In this document: in pieces, positions 21,276 through 29,810 of the stretch
How the letters are laid out: each line of letters opens with the position of its first letter
How positions within the stretch are numbered: the stretch's first letter is position 1
Origin: Planctomycetota bacterium
Lineage (GTDB): Bacteria; Planctomycetota; UBA1135; UBA2386
Direction of reading: 5' to 3'
DNA length: 64,000 bases
Assembly: GCA_965228735.1 (NCBI GenBank)
Contig: OZ245838.1
Span: 5,568,001 to 5,632,000, forward strand
Program-made: the position numbers and the translations under genes
Notes under the pieces: model-generated
What the model was told of the DNA's origin: nothing
Seen by the model: the letters and a program-made list of their open reading frames with translations, nothing else
Databases searched by the model: none

Positions 21276-23468
21276 ATGCTCACCTTCCTCCTCCGCACCT
21301 GTCTCGTCGCCGGCTGTTCGTTCAGTCTGGCCGCGACCGCTCTCTTCGCCGCCGACCCGCCGGCTCGACCTGCGCCCGGTGGTCTGCTGATCGCCGACGG
21401 CGGTTTCGGCGGCGTGCTCGAGATCATGAGCCACGACGTGCGCGTCACGATCAACAACGGCATCGCGGTGACGCGGGTCGACCAGGTGTTCCACAACACC
21501 GAAGGGCGCACGGTCGAGGCGCTCTACACGTTCCCCGTGCCGAAGAACGCGAGCGTCGCCAACTTCAGCATGTGGATCGGCGGCAAGGAGATGATCGGCG
21601 AGGTCGTCGAGAAGCAGCGCGCCCGCGAGATCTACGACAGCTACAAGCGCGTCAACCGCGACCCCGGGCTGCTCGAACAGGTCGACTACTCGACGTTCGA
21701 GATGCGCATCTTCCCGATCGCCGCGGACGCCGAGCAGCGCGTGCGTGTCGAGTACTATCAGGAGCTCGACGTCGACGACGACTGGTGCTCCTACACCTAC
21801 CCGCTCGCGACGACGACGCGTCCCGGGATCGACTCGCAGGTGAAGGGTCGATTCTCGCTCACGCTCGAGGCCAAGAGCCGCGTCCCGATGCGATCGATGC
21901 AGAGCACGTCGCACCCTGACGAGTTCATCGTCGCAGCCCACGCGGACCGCTACCACGAGGCCAGCATGGAGCTGTCGGGCGGCGACCTGTCGCGCGACGT
22001 GGTGCTGAGCTGGCAGCTGCAGCGGGCGCGCACGGGCCTCGACTTCCTCGCCTCCAAGCAGGGTCTCGAGGACGGCTTCCTGCAGGTCACGTTGACGGCC
22101 GGCAAGGAGCTCGAAGAGAACGACGTCGGAATGGACTACGTGTTCGTCAGCGACGTGTCCGGCAGCATGGCCAACTCCGGCAAGCTCGGGCTCTCGCAGA
22201 ACCAGGTGCGGGCGTTCATCGACGCGCTCGGTTCGAAGGACCGCTTCGAGCTGCTGTCGTTCAACGTGCAGTCCGCGACTCTGTTCGGCGACCTCGTGAC
22301 CGTCGACGACAGCAGTCGCGAAGCGGCCGCGAAGTTCCTCGCGGGTCAGCGCGCACGCGGCGGCACGCGCCTGCGCCCGGCACTCGAGGCCGCGTTTCGC
22401 TACCTCGACGAGGACCGCCCGCTCAACGTCGTGATCCTGTCCGACGGGATGACGGAGCAGAACGAGAACCGCGAGCTGCTCGGGCTCATCCGCTCGCGGC
22501 CGGCCGGGGCGCGCATGTTCTGCATCGGCGTCGGCAACGAGGTCAACCGGCCGCTGCTGCGCCAGGTCGCGGAGTCGACCGGCGGGCTCGCCGCGTTCCT
22601 CAGCCGCGGCGACGATTTCGAGCGGCAGGCCGCTGCGTTCCGCCGCAAGCTCACGCGGCCCGCGATCGCGGACGTGATGGTGTCGGTCGACGGCGTCGCG
22701 GTCCACGACTTCGAACCGCAGCAGATCCCGAGTCTCTACCATGGGTCGCCGGTGCGGATGTACGCGCGCTACCGCGGCAGCGGCAAGGCGACGGTCAAGC
22801 TCACGGGCACGATCGAGGGCGCACCGTTCGCCGAGGTCTATGACATCGAGCTGCCCGACAACGAGGCGAGCAACCCGGAGATCGAGCGCATGTGGGCGTG
22901 GCACCGCGTCCAGGCACTGCTCGACCAGGAGCGCGAGGAGGGCGAGACCGGACGTCACGTCCCGGAGATCGTGCGGCTGTGCGAAGGGTTCTCGATCCCG
23001 AGCGAGTACGCGTCGTTCCTCGTGCTCGAGAACGATCAGGAGTACCAGCGGTGGAAGATCGAGCGCCGCAACGCGACGCGGCTGGCTCGCGACCGGCAGG
23101 CGCAGCAGCAGCTGCGACAGCGGTTGGATCGGTTGCGCGGTGAGGCCGAGCGCCTCGTCGGCCCGCAGCCCGAGAGCAAGCGTGATCGCGTCGCGGACAC
23201 CGGTGGCGTCCCGACCAACTCGAACGACCCTAGCAGCCGCCCGGCGCGTCGGACGCCGATCAATCGCAACCCGGGCAATCGCAACCCGCAGCCGCAGAGC
23301 CGGCCGCCGCAGCGTTCGCAGCCGCGCTTCGGTGACCACGGCGGCAGTTCCGGTGGCGGCGCATTCGATCCGTTGACGGGTGCGTTGCTGCTCGGTGGCC
23401 TCGGCGCCGCGGGCCTCGCGCGGCGGCGCCGCGACCGGGGCGTCGAGGTCGACTCGGAGGAGCGGTAG
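21276..23468 (+). CDS. VIT + vWA domain protein with C-terminal GlyGly-CTERM sorting signal
   Basis: AAGGAG RBS and signal peptide. VIT (V.Q.F.N...R.VEA.Y.FP.P, QRAREIY, DPGLLE), MIDAS DVSGSM, ILSDG. Low-complexity linker, then GGSSGGGAFDPLTGALLLGGLGAAGLARRRR. Confidence 0.9.
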   Translation: MLTFLLRTCLVAGCSFSLAATALFAADPPARPAPGGLLIADGGFGGVLEIMSHDVRVTINNGIAVTRVDQVFHNTEGRTVEALYTFPVPKNASVANFSMWIGGKEMIGEVVEKQRAREIYDSYKRVNRDPGLLEQVDYSTFEMRIFPIAADAEQRVRVEYYQELDVDDDWCSYTYPLATTTRPGIDSQVKGRFSLTLEAKSRVPMRSMQSTSHPDEFIVAAHADRYHEASMELSGGDLSRDVVLSWQLQRARTGLDFLASKQGLEDGFLQVTLTAGKELEENDVGMDYVFVSDVSGSMANSGKLGLSQNQVRAFIDALGSKDRFELLSFNVQSATLFGDLVTVDDSSREAAAKFLAGQRARGGTRLRPALEAAFRYLDEDRPLNVVILSDGMTEQNENRELLGLIRSRPAGARMFCIGVGNEVNRPLLRQVAESTGGLAAFLSRGDDFERQAAAFRRKLTRPAIADVMVSVDGVAVHDFEPQQIPSLYHGSPVRMYARYRGSGKATVKLTGTIEGAPFAEVYDIELPDNEASNPEIERMWAWHRVQALLDQEREEGETGRHVPEIVRLCEGFSIPSEYASFLVLENDQEYQRWKIERRNATRLARDRQAQQQLRQRLDRLRGEAERLVGPQPESKRDRVADTGGVPTNSNDPSSRPARRTPINRNPGNRNPQPQSRPPQRSQPRFGDHGGSSGGGAFDPLTGALLLGGLGAAGLARRRRDRGVEVDSEER

Positions 23469-23470
23469 CC

Positions 23471-24139
23471 GTGACCGGCGCGACCGTGACGGCAGCCAGG
23501 CCTGCGGCCGTGAGGTGGAGCTGGTCCGCGTTCGTGGTTTGGCTGGTCGTCGCGTCGGCGGCGTGGGTCGCTGCGCAGCCGTCGGTCGCGCCGATGCTGG
23601 AACTCGACCGCAGCGAGCCTTGGCAACTGTGGCGCTGGGTCACGTGCCACTTCACCCACTTCGGTGGCGAGCACCTGTTCTGGAGCGGGGCGGTCTGCCT
23701 CGGACTCGTGCTGTGGCTCGGACTGACCCGCCGCGTCGTCGCGGTGCTCGCGGGCGCGATCGTGTCGATCCCGGCCGCGGTGCTGGCGCTGCAGCCCGAG
23801 ATCGCGATCTATCGCGGGCTCAGCGGGCTCGACTCCGCGCTGTTCGTGCTCGTCGTCGCGGATGTCGTGACGGCCACGCGTGACCGGCGCGTCCGCGCGC
23901 TCGCGGTTCTCGCCGGCCTGCTTTTCGTCGCCAAGCTCGGCTACGAGCTCGCCCTTCAGCAGACCGTGTTCGTGCGCGGGGACGCGTTCGTGCCCGTCCC
24001 GCTCGCGCACTTCGTCGGCGCGGGCGTCGGCCTGCTGGCCGCCGCCCGCGCGGCGCTCAGCGGCCGAGCTGCGTCATCGATGCGAGATCGAACCGCACGT
24101 CGATCCGCAGCTTGTTGCCGGTCCGGCCGGCGCTCATGA
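23471..24139 (+). CDS. rrtA: Rhombosortase (rhomboid-family intramembrane serine protease)
   Basis: WQLWRWVTCHFTH...HL.W, YRGLSG (catalytic Ser), PVPLAHFVG (His) and multiple TM helices. Starts 2 nt after the stop of the GlyGly-CTERM gene. Confidence 0.85.
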   Translation: MTGATVTAARPAAVRWSWSAFVVWLVVASAAWVAAQPSVAPMLELDRSEPWQLWRWVTCHFTHFGGEHLFWSGAVCLGLVLWLGLTRRVVAVLAGAIVSIPAAVLALQPEIAIYRGLSGLDSALFVLVVADVVTATRDRRVRALAVLAGLLFVAKLGYELALQQTVFVRGDAFVPVPLAHFVGAGVGLLAAARAALSGRAASSMRDRTARRSAACCRSGRRS

Positions 24140-25700
24140 GCATCGGCGACTTGCCGTCCGGAATCTCGGGCGGCCCGCCCGGCAGGTTCTCGAGCGCTGC
24201 CATCTTGTCGACCATGGATCGCATCAGTCCGAGGAAGTCCATGTGCATGAAGAACACGACCTCGTCGCCCGGCACCGCGGCGAGCGCGCGCGCGGCGTCG
24301 CCATGGTTCTGCGAGCCGCCCTTCAGGGTCGCGATCGCGCCCTCGAGCTCGGTCTTGCTCTGCCCGAACGACGTGACCAGCAAGTCGTCGACCTGGCCGA
24401 TCGCGCCCTGCAGACGTTCGCCGTAGATCGACTTGATCATCGTCGTCGCGTCGGCCATCTCGCCGCCGCCGGCACTCGGCATCTCGAGCATCTTGGCGAA
24501 GCCCGCCACGTCCCAGTCGCAGGCGACGTAGTCGAACGCGGCGCCGCCGATCGACAGCTCCTCGTACTCGGGCTCGCCGGTCATGCCGAGCTTGCCGAGG
24601 GCCCGCGCCATGTCCCGCACCGCGGCGCTCGCCGCGCCGGGATCGGATACCGACATCGCCCAGACGCCGTTCATGCCGTTCTCGCCGAACGCGAACGAGC
24701 CCGCGCCGGGACCGTCCATGTACTGGTAGATCGCCATCGCCGCGCGCGCGTATTCCTGCATCGCGGCAGTGAACTGTTCGGGCGCGTCCGGGTTTCCCTC
24801 GAACATCTGGCCCATCAGCTGCTCGAAATCGAACCAGTCCGCCATCTTGCTCATCGCGGGACCCATCGCGAAGACCATCGCGCCGTCCTCGCCGACCGGG
24901 ATCCGCGCGAGCAGTTCCGCGACGTTCGGGGCGCCGGGGCTCGCCTGTGGCATCGCGCTGCTGAGTTCGATCACGGTAGCCAAGTTCACGTCGCCGTCAT
25001 CGAGATCGAGCATGACGTCGATGGTGCCGCCCTGCTTCGCCCAGTCGAAGATCGGCTGATAGACCGCGAAGACCGCTTCGCCGCCCGGCTCGCTCGCCAT
25101 CAGGTCCTTGAACATCGCCTCACCCTGCTCGATCTGCGCGCGGAAGGCGCCGAGGTCGACGCGGATCGTCACATCGGCGGCCGGCAGGTTCTGCACCAGC
25201 GGCGATGCGGTGCCAACAGTGGGCTTGCTCACGCCGGGCATCGGCATCGCGAGCGCGATGTGCTTGCCGGATGTCGCGGTGTTGTCGTCCTCGAGGTCGC
25301 TCGGGTCCGGCGCGCCGACGATGGCCTGCGTCGGGCCGTTCTCGTTCACGAGCAACGCCATCGGCTGGGCGAGGTCGAGATCGCGTTCCCGCAGGTCGAA
25401 CGGCGTCTGGCTCAGCAGCGTATCGACGTTGACCATGGCCTCGGAGCCCGGGCGAATGGATTTCGCGATCGCGCGCACCTCGGCGAGGAGCTCGCCCGGG
25501 TTGTTCACATACACCGCGACCGGGGTACCTGCCGGCACGAGCTTCGCCACGTCGTCGGGCACCGACGCTGCGGTGAAGAGCGGGTTGCCGCCGGCTTTGC
25601 CGACGTTGGCGCCGCCGCCGGACTCGCCGCCGCAGCTCGAGAGCAGCGCCGTGCAGGAGAGCGCGAGGACCGCGCCAGAGTGGATTCGAAGTTCAGCCAT
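24057..25700 (-). CDS. Hypothetical lipoprotein
   Basis: Start ATG 25700; lipobox LLSS-C-GG; 547 aa with typical codon usage. Confidence 0.75.
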   Translation of the reverse strand: MAELRIHSGAVLALSCTALLSSCGGESGGGANVGKAGGNPLFTAASVPDDVAKLVPAGTPVAVYVNNPGELLAEVRAIAKSIRPGSEAMVNVDTLLSQTPFDLRERDLDLAQPMALLVNENGPTQAIVGAPDPSDLEDDNTATSGKHIALAMPMPGVSKPTVGTASPLVQNLPAADVTIRVDLGAFRAQIEQGEAMFKDLMASEPGGEAVFAVYQPIFDWAKQGGTIDVMLDLDDGDVNLATVIELSSAMPQASPGAPNVAELLARIPVGEDGAMVFAMGPAMSKMADWFDFEQLMGQMFEGNPDAPEQFTAAMQEYARAAMAIYQYMDGPGAGSFAFGENGMNGVWAMSVSDPGAASAAVRDMARALGKLGMTGEPEYEELSIGGAAFDYVACDWDVAGFAKMLEMPSAGGGEMADATTMIKSIYGERLQGAIGQVDDLLVTSFGQSKTELEGAIATLKGGSQNHGDAARALAAVPGDEVVFFMHMDFLGLMRSMVDKMAALENLPGGPPEIPDGKSPMLMSAGRTGNKLRIDVRFDLASMTQLGR

Positions 25701-25907
25701 GACGTTTCGGAGGTCGGGATCCAATCGGATCGGGAAGCCGGGGAGCATTGGGGTGGCGCGCGATGGAGTCCAGTCGCACGGCCCGGGAACGGGGACATTT
25801 CGCGAGCTCCGTTGGCGCGGGTTTCTCCGAAAATCGTCGTCCGACGGCCTGCGCGCGGGACACTGGCAAGCGGGCGGACGATCCTCGCCCGCCGATTCGA
25901 TCCCGTC

Positions 25908-28622
25908 GTGACCACTTCCGGAGACTCGAAGTCCACGGCCGTCGCCGTGCAGTTCCTGCAGCGCTTCCTGCAGGATCGCGAGGACGGCGTCGAGCGCTCA
26001 CTCGCGGACTACCAGGCCATGTTCTCGTCGGCGCCCGAGGTGGTGGCCGAGGAGTTCGAGGCGCTGACGAACGTTTCCGACCCGGACCCGGACGGCGCAT
26101 CGGGGGGCGACGACGCGGCCGCCGGAGCGCTGTCGCATCCGGCCGACGGCGCCCGCTACCGCGACGCGCAGCTGCTCGGTCGCGGCGGCATGGGCACGGT
26201 GTCCCGCGTGTTCGACCCCGCGCTCGAGCGCGAGGTCGCGATCAAACGCCTCACGAAGGCCGCGGACGGCGTGCCGGACGTGCGTCGACTCGGCCGCTTC
26301 CTCGACGAGGCCAAGGTCACGGGTCAGCTGCAGCACCCGGGCATCGTCAGCGTGCACGAGATCGGCCTCGACGAGCACAAGACGCCGTACTTCACGATGC
26401 CGGTGATCGAGGGCCGGAGCCTGCACGAGATCCTGCGCGAGCTGCACGACCCGGAGGCGGAGGCCGAGTGGACGCAGGTGCGCGTGTTGTCGGTGCTGCA
26501 GCGCGTGTGCGAGGCGATGGCCTACGCACACGAGCGCGGCGTCGTCCACCGTGACCTCAAGCCCGCGAACGTGATGGTCGGCCGCTTCGGCGAGACCTAC
26601 GTCGTCGACTGGGGGCTCGCGCGCGCGGCCGACCGACCCGACCGCCGCGACATCCGCGTGGGCCACGGCGACGATGGCCACGACTCCGCGTTGCGAACCG
26701 TCGAGGGTGACGTGATCGGCACGCCCGCGTACATGGCGCCGGAGCAGGCCCGCGGTGAGATCGAGGGCGTGGGCGAACGGAGCGACGTCTACGCGATCGG
26801 CGCGATGCTCTATCATGTGCTCGCCGGGACCGCGCCGCACGTCGAGCCGGGCACCGAGCCGAAGAGCCGCGACACGCTGGCACGCGTGATCGCGGGGCCG
26901 CCGACCGATCTGCGCCGGATCGCGCCGGCCACGCGCCCGGAGCTCGTCGCGATCTGCGAGCGCGCGATGGCGCGGTCGCCGGACGATCGCTACCCGAGCG
27001 CTGCGGCGCTCGGCGAAGATCTGCGTGCGTTCCTCGAGAACCGCGTCGTGACCGCGTATTCGACGGGGCCGTTCGCGGAGCTCGGCAAGTGGGTCGCGCG
27101 CAACCGCGCGCTGGCGGCGGCGAGCGTGCTCGCGCTGCTGTCGCTGGTCTCAGGTCTGACCTGGAGCGAGATTCAGCGCAGCCGCGCCGAGCGCAACGCC
27201 GAGCGCGCGGCCAACAACTCGCTGCTCGCGGCCGAGAACCTCGACATCGCGTTCGAAGCCGGTCGGGACCTGTTGGGCTCCTTCGGGCTGTACGGGGTCT
27301 GGAGCGAGCCCGGAGCGGATCCGATCCGCGAGGCGGCGCTCGAGCGCGGGCTCGAGTACTTCGAGCGGCTGCGGGACCTGCGCGGTGACGATCCACGGGT
27401 GGATCGGCAGGTCGCGGAGGCGCGGTATCGCATCGCGACGCTGCTCACCGAGCTCGGTCGCGCCACCGAGGCGTCCGCGGCATGGGACGCGGCGCGCGTC
27501 AGCATCGAGCGGGTGATCGCGCGACATGGTTCCAATCCCGAACTGCGGTTGCGACTCCTGCAGATCGAGGGCGAGGAGCATGTCCGTGTGATGCAGACCA
27601 GGGTGAGATCCGCGATCGATGAACTGCAGCGGATCGTCGAGGCGCTGGCCGACCTGCGGTCGGAGGGCTTCGAATCGAGCGAGGTGGTTCGAGCGCAGCT
27701 CGGATTCCACTACAACCTCACGCTCGCGATGTTCGACGCGCGCAACAAGGAAGGGGCGCTGCATCACAGCGAGAAGACCCTCGAGCATGCGCGTGAGCTG
27801 GCTGCCCGGCAAGGTGGCATCCGGGTGCCGTCGACGATTTCGTTGCTCGGCAGTTCGACGACGTTGCGCGGCAAGCTGATGTGGCAGACGGGGCAACCGG
27901 AGCGAGCCGCGGCCTACTACGAGGAGTCGATCGAGCTGCTCGAGAACGGGCTCGTCGAGGCTCCAGGGCACCGAGGCCTGCGTTCGCGGCTCGGCGAAGC
28001 GCTCAACCTCCAGGCCATCCTGCAGAGCCAGACGGGCCAGCGTGCCGCCGCGCTCGCCACCCTGGAGCGCGCGATCGAGGTCTACACCGAGCTCACGGCT
28101 GCGTTCCCCGGGGCACGCGACTATCACGGCGCGTTCGGCGGCGTGCTGTGCAATCGCGGGATCTTCCACAGCCAGGACGGCGAGCTGGAGAAGGCGATCG
28201 AACGGCTCGAAGCGGCCGTCGTTCAGATTCGCCGCGCGCTCGCGATCGACGCCGGGGCGTCGGACTACCGGGACTATCGCCGCATCGCGGGCAAGGAACT
28301 CGCGCTGGCGTTCGCCAAGGCCGACCGGCACGCGGATGCCGCGCGGAGCATCGAGGAGTGGTTCGCGGACGTGCCCGAGACGCCGCCGTTCGATGGCGCT
28401 CGGATGTGGGCGGTCTGTGCGAAGGTCGCGTTGGCGGACGCCGGGCTGTCGGCGTCCGAGCGGGCGGCGACCCTGGCTGCTTACGGGGACGAATCGGTCG
28501 CGTTGCTGCGTCGGGCTGCCGCCGCGGACCGCGTGCCGGCGGAGCGGTTGCGAGCGGCGCCCTTCGATGCACTCGCGGACCACGCCGGGTTCCGCGCGTT
28601 CGTCGCCGAACTCGGTCGCTGA
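25908..28622 (+). CDS. Ser/Thr protein kinase with TM segment and TPR-like C-terminus
   Basis: GRGGMG.V, VAIK, HRDLKPAN, VVDWGLAR, GTPAYMAPEQ, SDVYAIG. GTG start at 25908 is inferred. Confidence 0.9.
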   Translation: MTTSGDSKSTAVAVQFLQRFLQDREDGVERSLADYQAMFSSAPEVVAEEFEALTNVSDPDPDGASGGDDAAAGALSHPADGARYRDAQLLGRGGMGTVSRVFDPALEREVAIKRLTKAADGVPDVRRLGRFLDEAKVTGQLQHPGIVSVHEIGLDEHKTPYFTMPVIEGRSLHEILRELHDPEAEAEWTQVRVLSVLQRVCEAMAYAHERGVVHRDLKPANVMVGRFGETYVVDWGLARAADRPDRRDIRVGHGDDGHDSALRTVEGDVIGTPAYMAPEQARGEIEGVGERSDVYAIGAMLYHVLAGTAPHVEPGTEPKSRDTLARVIAGPPTDLRRIAPATRPELVAICERAMARSPDDRYPSAAALGEDLRAFLENRVVTAYSTGPFAELGKWVARNRALAAASVLALLSLVSGLTWSEIQRSRAERNAERAANNSLLAAENLDIAFEAGRDLLGSFGLYGVWSEPGADPIREAALERGLEYFERLRDLRGDDPRVDRQVAEARYRIATLLTELGRATEASAAWDAARVSIERVIARHGSNPELRLRLLQIEGEEHVRVMQTRVRSAIDELQRIVEALADLRSEGFESSEVVRAQLGFHYNLTLAMFDARNKEGALHHSEKTLEHARELAARQGGIRVPSTISLLGSSTTLRGKLMWQTGQPERAAAYYEESIELLENGLVEAPGHRGLRSRLGEALNLQAILQSQTGQRAAALATLERAIEVYTELTAAFPGARDYHGAFGGVLCNRGIFHSQDGELEKAIERLEAAVVQIRRALAIDAGASDYRDYRRIAGKELALAFAKADRHADAARSIEEWFADVPETPPFDGARMWAVCAKVALADAGLSASERAATLAAYGDESVALLRRAAAADRVPAERLRAAPFDALADHAGFRAFVAELGR

Positions 28623-28661
28623 CGTTCGTCGGGCACGCCTTCGGTTCGGTAAGATCTCGGC

Positions 28662-29306
28662 ATGCCTCCGGACGCGAATTCCGCGTTGCCGCCCGATCCC
28701 GGGCAACTGACGAGCCTGCACGTGCACCGGGCCGTGGCCGGAGACGAGGACAGCACCTCGTGGCTCGTCGAACGGCTCAACCCGCTGCTCGTGGCGCAGG
28801 CCCGCTGGCGACTCGGGCCCGACCTGATGCGGGTGTGCGATCCGGCGGACCTCGTGCACGAGGCCTGGCTGGTGCTGCTCCCGCGACTCGACTCCTTGCC
28901 GCCGCGTGATGGCAGGATGACGCCGGTGCTGCTGAGCTTTCTGAGCACGACGATCCTGCGCAAGGCGCAGAACCTGCTGCGGCGCGAGGCGCGGCGACGC
29001 ATGCAGACCGGCGTCGGGGCGGCGAGCAACGACGTGCCGTTCGATCTCGCGGGGCCCGCGAGCGAAGTGGTCGGCAGCGTCGTGCGGCGGGAAGCCGCGG
29101 GCAGCGTGCACGAGGCGCTCGAAGAGCTCGACGAGAAGGACCGCGAGATCCTGCTCCTGCGCGGCATCGAGCAGCACGACATGGACCACCTCGTGGCCAC
29201 GCTCGGACTCGGTCGCGAGGCGATCTACAAGCGCTACTCCCGCGCGCTTGCGCGGCTGCGCGAACGCCTGCCGGACTCGGTCTTCGACGAGCTGGCCGAC
29301 GAGTAG
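28662..29306 (+). CDS. ECF sigma-70 factor (kinase-associated type)
   Basis: DPADLVHEAW (sigma2) and LDEKDREILLLR...LG....IYKRYSRALARLR (sigma4). Directly downstream of the kinase. Confidence 0.85.
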   Translation: MPPDANSALPPDPGQLTSLHVHRAVAGDEDSTSWLVERLNPLLVAQARWRLGPDLMRVCDPADLVHEAWLVLLPRLDSLPPRDGRMTPVLLSFLSTTILRKAQNLLRREARRRMQTGVGAASNDVPFDLAGPASEVVGSVVRREAAGSVHEALEELDEKDREILLLRGIEQHDMDHLVATLGLGREAIYKRYSRALARLRERLPDSVFDELADE

Positions 29307-29330
29307 CCGCGTCGGCGGCAGCCGGCTGAG

Positions 29331-29648
29331 TCAGACCTGGGTCACGACTTCGCCGGCGCGCTCTTTCGCGAGTCCGGCGATCCGGTGCGCGAGATCGACG
29401 TCGAGTTGCGTGAGGCCCCCCGCGTCGTGCGTCGTCGTGAGCAGCGCGACCTCGCGATACGCCACGGTCCACTCGGGATGGTGGTCGAGCTCTTCGGCGA
29501 CGGTCGCGATCGCGGTCGTCAGCTCGACCGCGGCGGCGAACGTCGGCAGGCGGTAGCGCGCACGCAGCTCGTTGCCGTCGCGGCGCCAGCCCGAAAGTCC
29601 GGTCAGCGCGCGCGCGATCGCCGTGTCGTCGAGCAGGGCAGCCGTCAT
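29331..29648 (-). CDS. phhB: Pterin-4-alpha-carbinolamine dehydratase
   Basis: AEELDHHPEW and LTTHDAGGLTQLDVDLA signatures. Confidence 0.92.
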   Translation of the reverse strand: MTAALLDDTAIARALTGLSGWRRDGNELRARYRLPTFAAAVELTTAIATVAEELDHHPEWTVAYREVALLTTTHDAGGLTQLDVDLAHRIAGLAKERAGEVVTQV

Positions 29649-29810
29649 GGTCCGCCAGTCTGCGCCGCGCCGAACCGTCCGTCCAGCGCGAGCGCCGAGG
29701 TTTCACGGTCGGGATCGCTTCCGTCGTTCCTGGGGGGCTTCGCGGGCCGCGGGGTCGCGACTACGCTGGCGTTGCCGCGCCCCGGTCGCCACCCGCAACC
29801 ACGTCGTCCC

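Noticed and set aside
23880..28622. 1580-aa kinase with a long N-terminal extension
   Set aside because: The extension is the antisense shadow of the lipoprotein 24057..25700; kinase-like sequence starts near 25908.
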